Of a stretch of DNA of 64,000 bases, positions 63,012 through 64,000 are shown piece after piece. Each line of letters starts with the position of its first letter. Position 1 is the first letter of the stretch. A program made the position numbers and the translations under genes. The notes beneath the pieces were generated by a model. The model did not search any database and was not told the DNA's origin. It saw nothing but the letters and a program-made list of their open reading frames with translations. Origin of the DNA: a virus (Duplodnaviria > Heunggongvirae > Uroviricota > Caudoviricetes); IMG/VR virus record IMGVR_UViG_3300017938_000005. One strand, 5' to 3'.

Positions 63012-63067
63012 GCCCGCTCGAACTCCGCGATCCCCGCTCGCGCGAGCCGGCGCACGTGAAGCGCCGT

Positions 63068-63304
63068 TCACGTCCACTCCGTGAACCACGGCGCCGGCAA
63101 GGCCACGAGAGCGGCCCGGCGCTCGTGCTCGCGGAACTTTGCGAAGGACGTGAAAATCACCTCGACCCCGCCGCCGAGCTTCGCGCCGAACGTCACGCCG
63201 TCCGCGATCCTCGCGATCTCGCGGCGGAGCGCCGTCACCATCGCGGCTCGCCGCGCGAGCGCCTCACCACGAGCCTCTTGCCTCACGCCTTTCTTCGCCT
63301 TCAC
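63068..63304 (-). CDS. hypothetical protein
   Basis: GTGA-coupled. Confidence 0.55.
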   Translation of the reverse strand: MKAKKGVRQEARGEALARRAAMVTALRREIARIADGVTFGAKLGGGVEVIFTSFAKFREHERRAALVALPAPWFTEWT

Positions 63305-63546
63305 GGCTTCCCCGCTTTCCCGTCGAACCTCGCCGCGAGGCGATAGAGCGCCATGAAGTTCCGGGCGCTCTCGCCCCTGACGATCCACACGCCGCCGCTC
63401 ACGATGGCGTCGTCCCCGAAGACTTCGCGCACCATCTCCGGTCGAACGCCTTCTGACGTCACGACGAAAGCGCCGTTCGGAAGAACGGTCCAACCGCATG
63501 CCGCCATGTGGCAGATAAGCTCTTTCACCGGCGCGGAGAAGTTCAC
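63301..63546 (-). CDS. hypothetical protein
   Basis: GTGA-coupled. Confidence 0.55.
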   Translation of the reverse strand: MNFSAPVKELICHMAACGWTVLPNGAFVVTSEGVRPEMVREVFGDDAIVSGGVWIVRGESARNFMALYRLAARFDGKAGKP

Positions 63547-63797
63547 GGCTTCCCCGAAGCGCCAAGAGCGTCGAGAGCACCGAGAAGCGCTTCGTAAGGA
63601 ATCTCCGCCGTCTCGATGCGCGCATCCGTGTGCCAAAGGGCCATCTTCCAGAGCCGCGGCGCCTTGGACTTCGCCATCTGAAAAAGCTCGCGGAGGGCAA
63701 GAATCTCCCGAACCCGATCAGCGTCCAGGTGCACAAGCGCAAGCTCGCACCCGTCCACGGAATCCGCGTTGCCGAAGCCGCGCATCAAGAGCTTCAC
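63543..63797 (-). CDS. hypothetical protein
   Basis: GTGA-coupled (VKLLMRGFGNADS..). Confidence 0.55.
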   Translation of the reverse strand: MKLLMRGFGNADSVDGCELALVHLDADRVREILALRELFQMAKSKAPRLWKMALWHTDARIETAEIPYEALLGALDALGASGKP

Positions 63798-63994
63798 GAC
63801 GCCACCCGAAGTCCTTCCAGACCGGACGGCTCGACGATCTGCCACCCGTGGACCATGGCCATCTCGAGCGCGCGCCCGTGAGCCGCGTCGCCGTCGCCGA
63901 GCGGATTCGACTGCGCGAGCACGCGGCCCCGCTCCGTCACCACTTGACCGATCCACGCCCCGCCAACCATCCCGACTCGAACAATGACCTTCAC
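63794..63994 (-). CDS. hypothetical protein
   Basis: Track ORF. Confidence 0.6.
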   Translation of the reverse strand: MKVIVRVGMVGGAWIGQVVTERGRVLAQSNPLGDGDAAHGRALEMAMVHGWQIVEPSGLEGLRVAS

Positions 63995-64000
63995 GACTCA

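Overview
This is a 64-kb GC-rich (about two-thirds GC by eye), densely packed window. Essentially all genes lie on the minus strand, most are short and coupled by ATGA/GTGA stop-start overlaps, and units are separated by short AT-richer gaps carrying sigma70-like promoters. No capsid/portal/terminase/tail module, integrase, tRNA or CRISPR array was recognised. The pattern fits the early/middle (host-takeover, replication-accessory) region of a large phage or prophage. A Myxococcota (Polyangiales-like) host is inferred from a Cys-rich lipoprotein and host-type FtsK and TPR genes. Recognisable products: a Zn-dependent HDAC-family deacylase fused to a DUF2442-like domain (runs off the left edge), an FtsH-type M41 peptidase domain without AAA, a dispersed NitT/TauT-type ABC system (ATPase, permease, SBP-OmpA fusion) with a PspA-like protein, an RlaP-like nucleotidyltransferase, DUF433, DUF1653, a HAD (Swiss-army-knife type) phosphatase, a DUF1906 hydrolase, DHFR, an SNF2 helicase, a MazG-like NTP-PPase, a nucleoside deoxyribosyltransferase-like protein, a Dam-type MTase, a J-domain protein, RHH/wHTH regulators, H1-like basic proteins, an FtsK lacking its gamma domain, Ku and a TPR protein. 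The most intriguing elements are (i) a coiled-coil gene flanked on both sides by long-range stems that enclose 7/14-nt-periodic non-coding tracts, (ii) the six-gene ABC/OmpA/PspA envelope system, (iii) the HDAC-DUF2442 fusion, (iv) two related 27-bp dyads bracketing Ku, and (v) a GTCA-N2-TGAC box at several promoters. All family calls are from motif recognition by eye; no database search was run.
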